Origin: Nitrosomonas ureae
GTDB taxonomy: Bacteria; Pseudomonadota; Gammaproteobacteria; Burkholderiales; Nitrosomonadaceae
Assembly (NCBI GenBank): GCA_945872825.1
Contig: CAMCBD010000004.1
Span: 3,596-67,595, forward strand
Length of the DNA: 64,000 bases
Direction of reading: 5' to 3'
This document shows positions 63,408 to 64,000 of this stretch, one piece after another. Under the pieces are notes generated by a model. It did no database searches. It was not told where the DNA came from and saw only the letters and a list, made by a program, of their open reading frames with translations. The translations under genes and the position numbers were made by a program. Position 1 is the stretch's first letter; every line of letters begins with the position of its first letter.

Positions 63408-64000
63408 ATGAGAACATTCTGCTTGGAAGTAGCCGGCGATTTCGCCTGCTTTACTCGACCTGAAATGAAAGTGGAACGTGTCAGTTATGACGTGATAACA
63501 CCGTCTGCCGCCCGCGCCGTGTTCGAGGCTATCCTGTGGAAGCCTGCCATTCACTGGCAAGTAACCAAAATCGAGGTACTGAAGCCGATTAAATGGATTA
63601 CTTTGCGGCGTAACGAAGTAGGAGTAGTGATTTCGTCGCGTAATGTACAAACTGCCATGAACAGCGGCAGTGGTGATCTGGGTCTTTACATTGAGGATGA
63701 ACGCCAGCAGCGCGCTGGATTGTTTCTGCGCGATGTCGCCTACCGCATTCATGCAGGGTTTGAGATATGCGATGTTACAAAACATAAATCCAACTTTCCG
63801 CACCTTTCCAAATATCGCCTCAACGATGCCGACGAACAGCGTACTGCTGATGAAGCAAATACCCCCGCAAAATTCCTGAACATGTTCGAACGCCGTGCAA
63901 GCCGTGGCCAATGTGTGAATCAGCCCTACCTCGGTTGTCGCGAATTTGCCGCCAACTTCCGCCTAATCAAAGATATTGCCACCGAGCCTGCGCCGATAGC
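63408..64000 (+). CDS. cas5: type I-C Cas5 (Cas5d), partial, runs off window
   Basis: hand translation MRTFCLEVAGDFACFTRPEMKVERVSYDVITPSAARAVFEAILWKP...RRNEV...QPYLGCREF; no stop before the window end. Confidence 0.93.
   Translation, partial: MRTFCLEVAGDFACFTRPEMKVERVSYDVITPSAARAVFEAILWKPAIHWQVTKIEVLKPIKWITLRRNEVGVVISSRNVQTAMNSGSGDLGLYIEDERQQRAGLFLRDVAYRIHAGFEICDVTKHKSNFPHLSKYRLNDADEQRTADEANTPAKFLNMFERRASRGQCVNQPYLGCREFAANFRLIKDIATEPAPI

Overview
Bacterial chromosome segment, most likely a Nitrosomonas-type betaproteobacterium (inferred from gene set and order, not from a database match). A housekeeping backbone is present: proA, lpdA, bamD/rluD, dinB, greB, rpsF-priB-rpsR-rplI-dnaB, trpGDC, tRNA-Thr, petABC-sspAB, secA, an RNB exonuclease, aroE and mgtE. 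Three accessory zones interrupt it. (1) 1-8.6 kb: a HEPN-associated/RES gene with integron-cassette hallmarks, a 192-bp direct repeat flanking a DUF547 gene, and decayed umuDC and flavodoxin genes. (2) 28.5-35.8 kb: a Tat-signal PLP decarboxylase, an SMR pump, and an MmeI-like restriction-modification gene broken by a MITE and a frameshift and carrying two in-frame palindromic inserts. (3) 57-64 kb: a DUF3800 cassette with an intact attC site, then a WYL regulator, an inverted-repeat operator candidate and a twin-arginine HIRAN gene directly upstream of type I-C cas3-cas5. The WYL and HIRAN genes each carry one in-frame TAG. No CRISPR array or integron integrase lies in the window. The strongest novelty candidates are the WYL/operator/Tat-HIRAN module heading the Cas operon, the exported PLP decarboxylase, the peptide-coding palindromes inside the RM enzyme, and the solitary defence-like integron cassettes.
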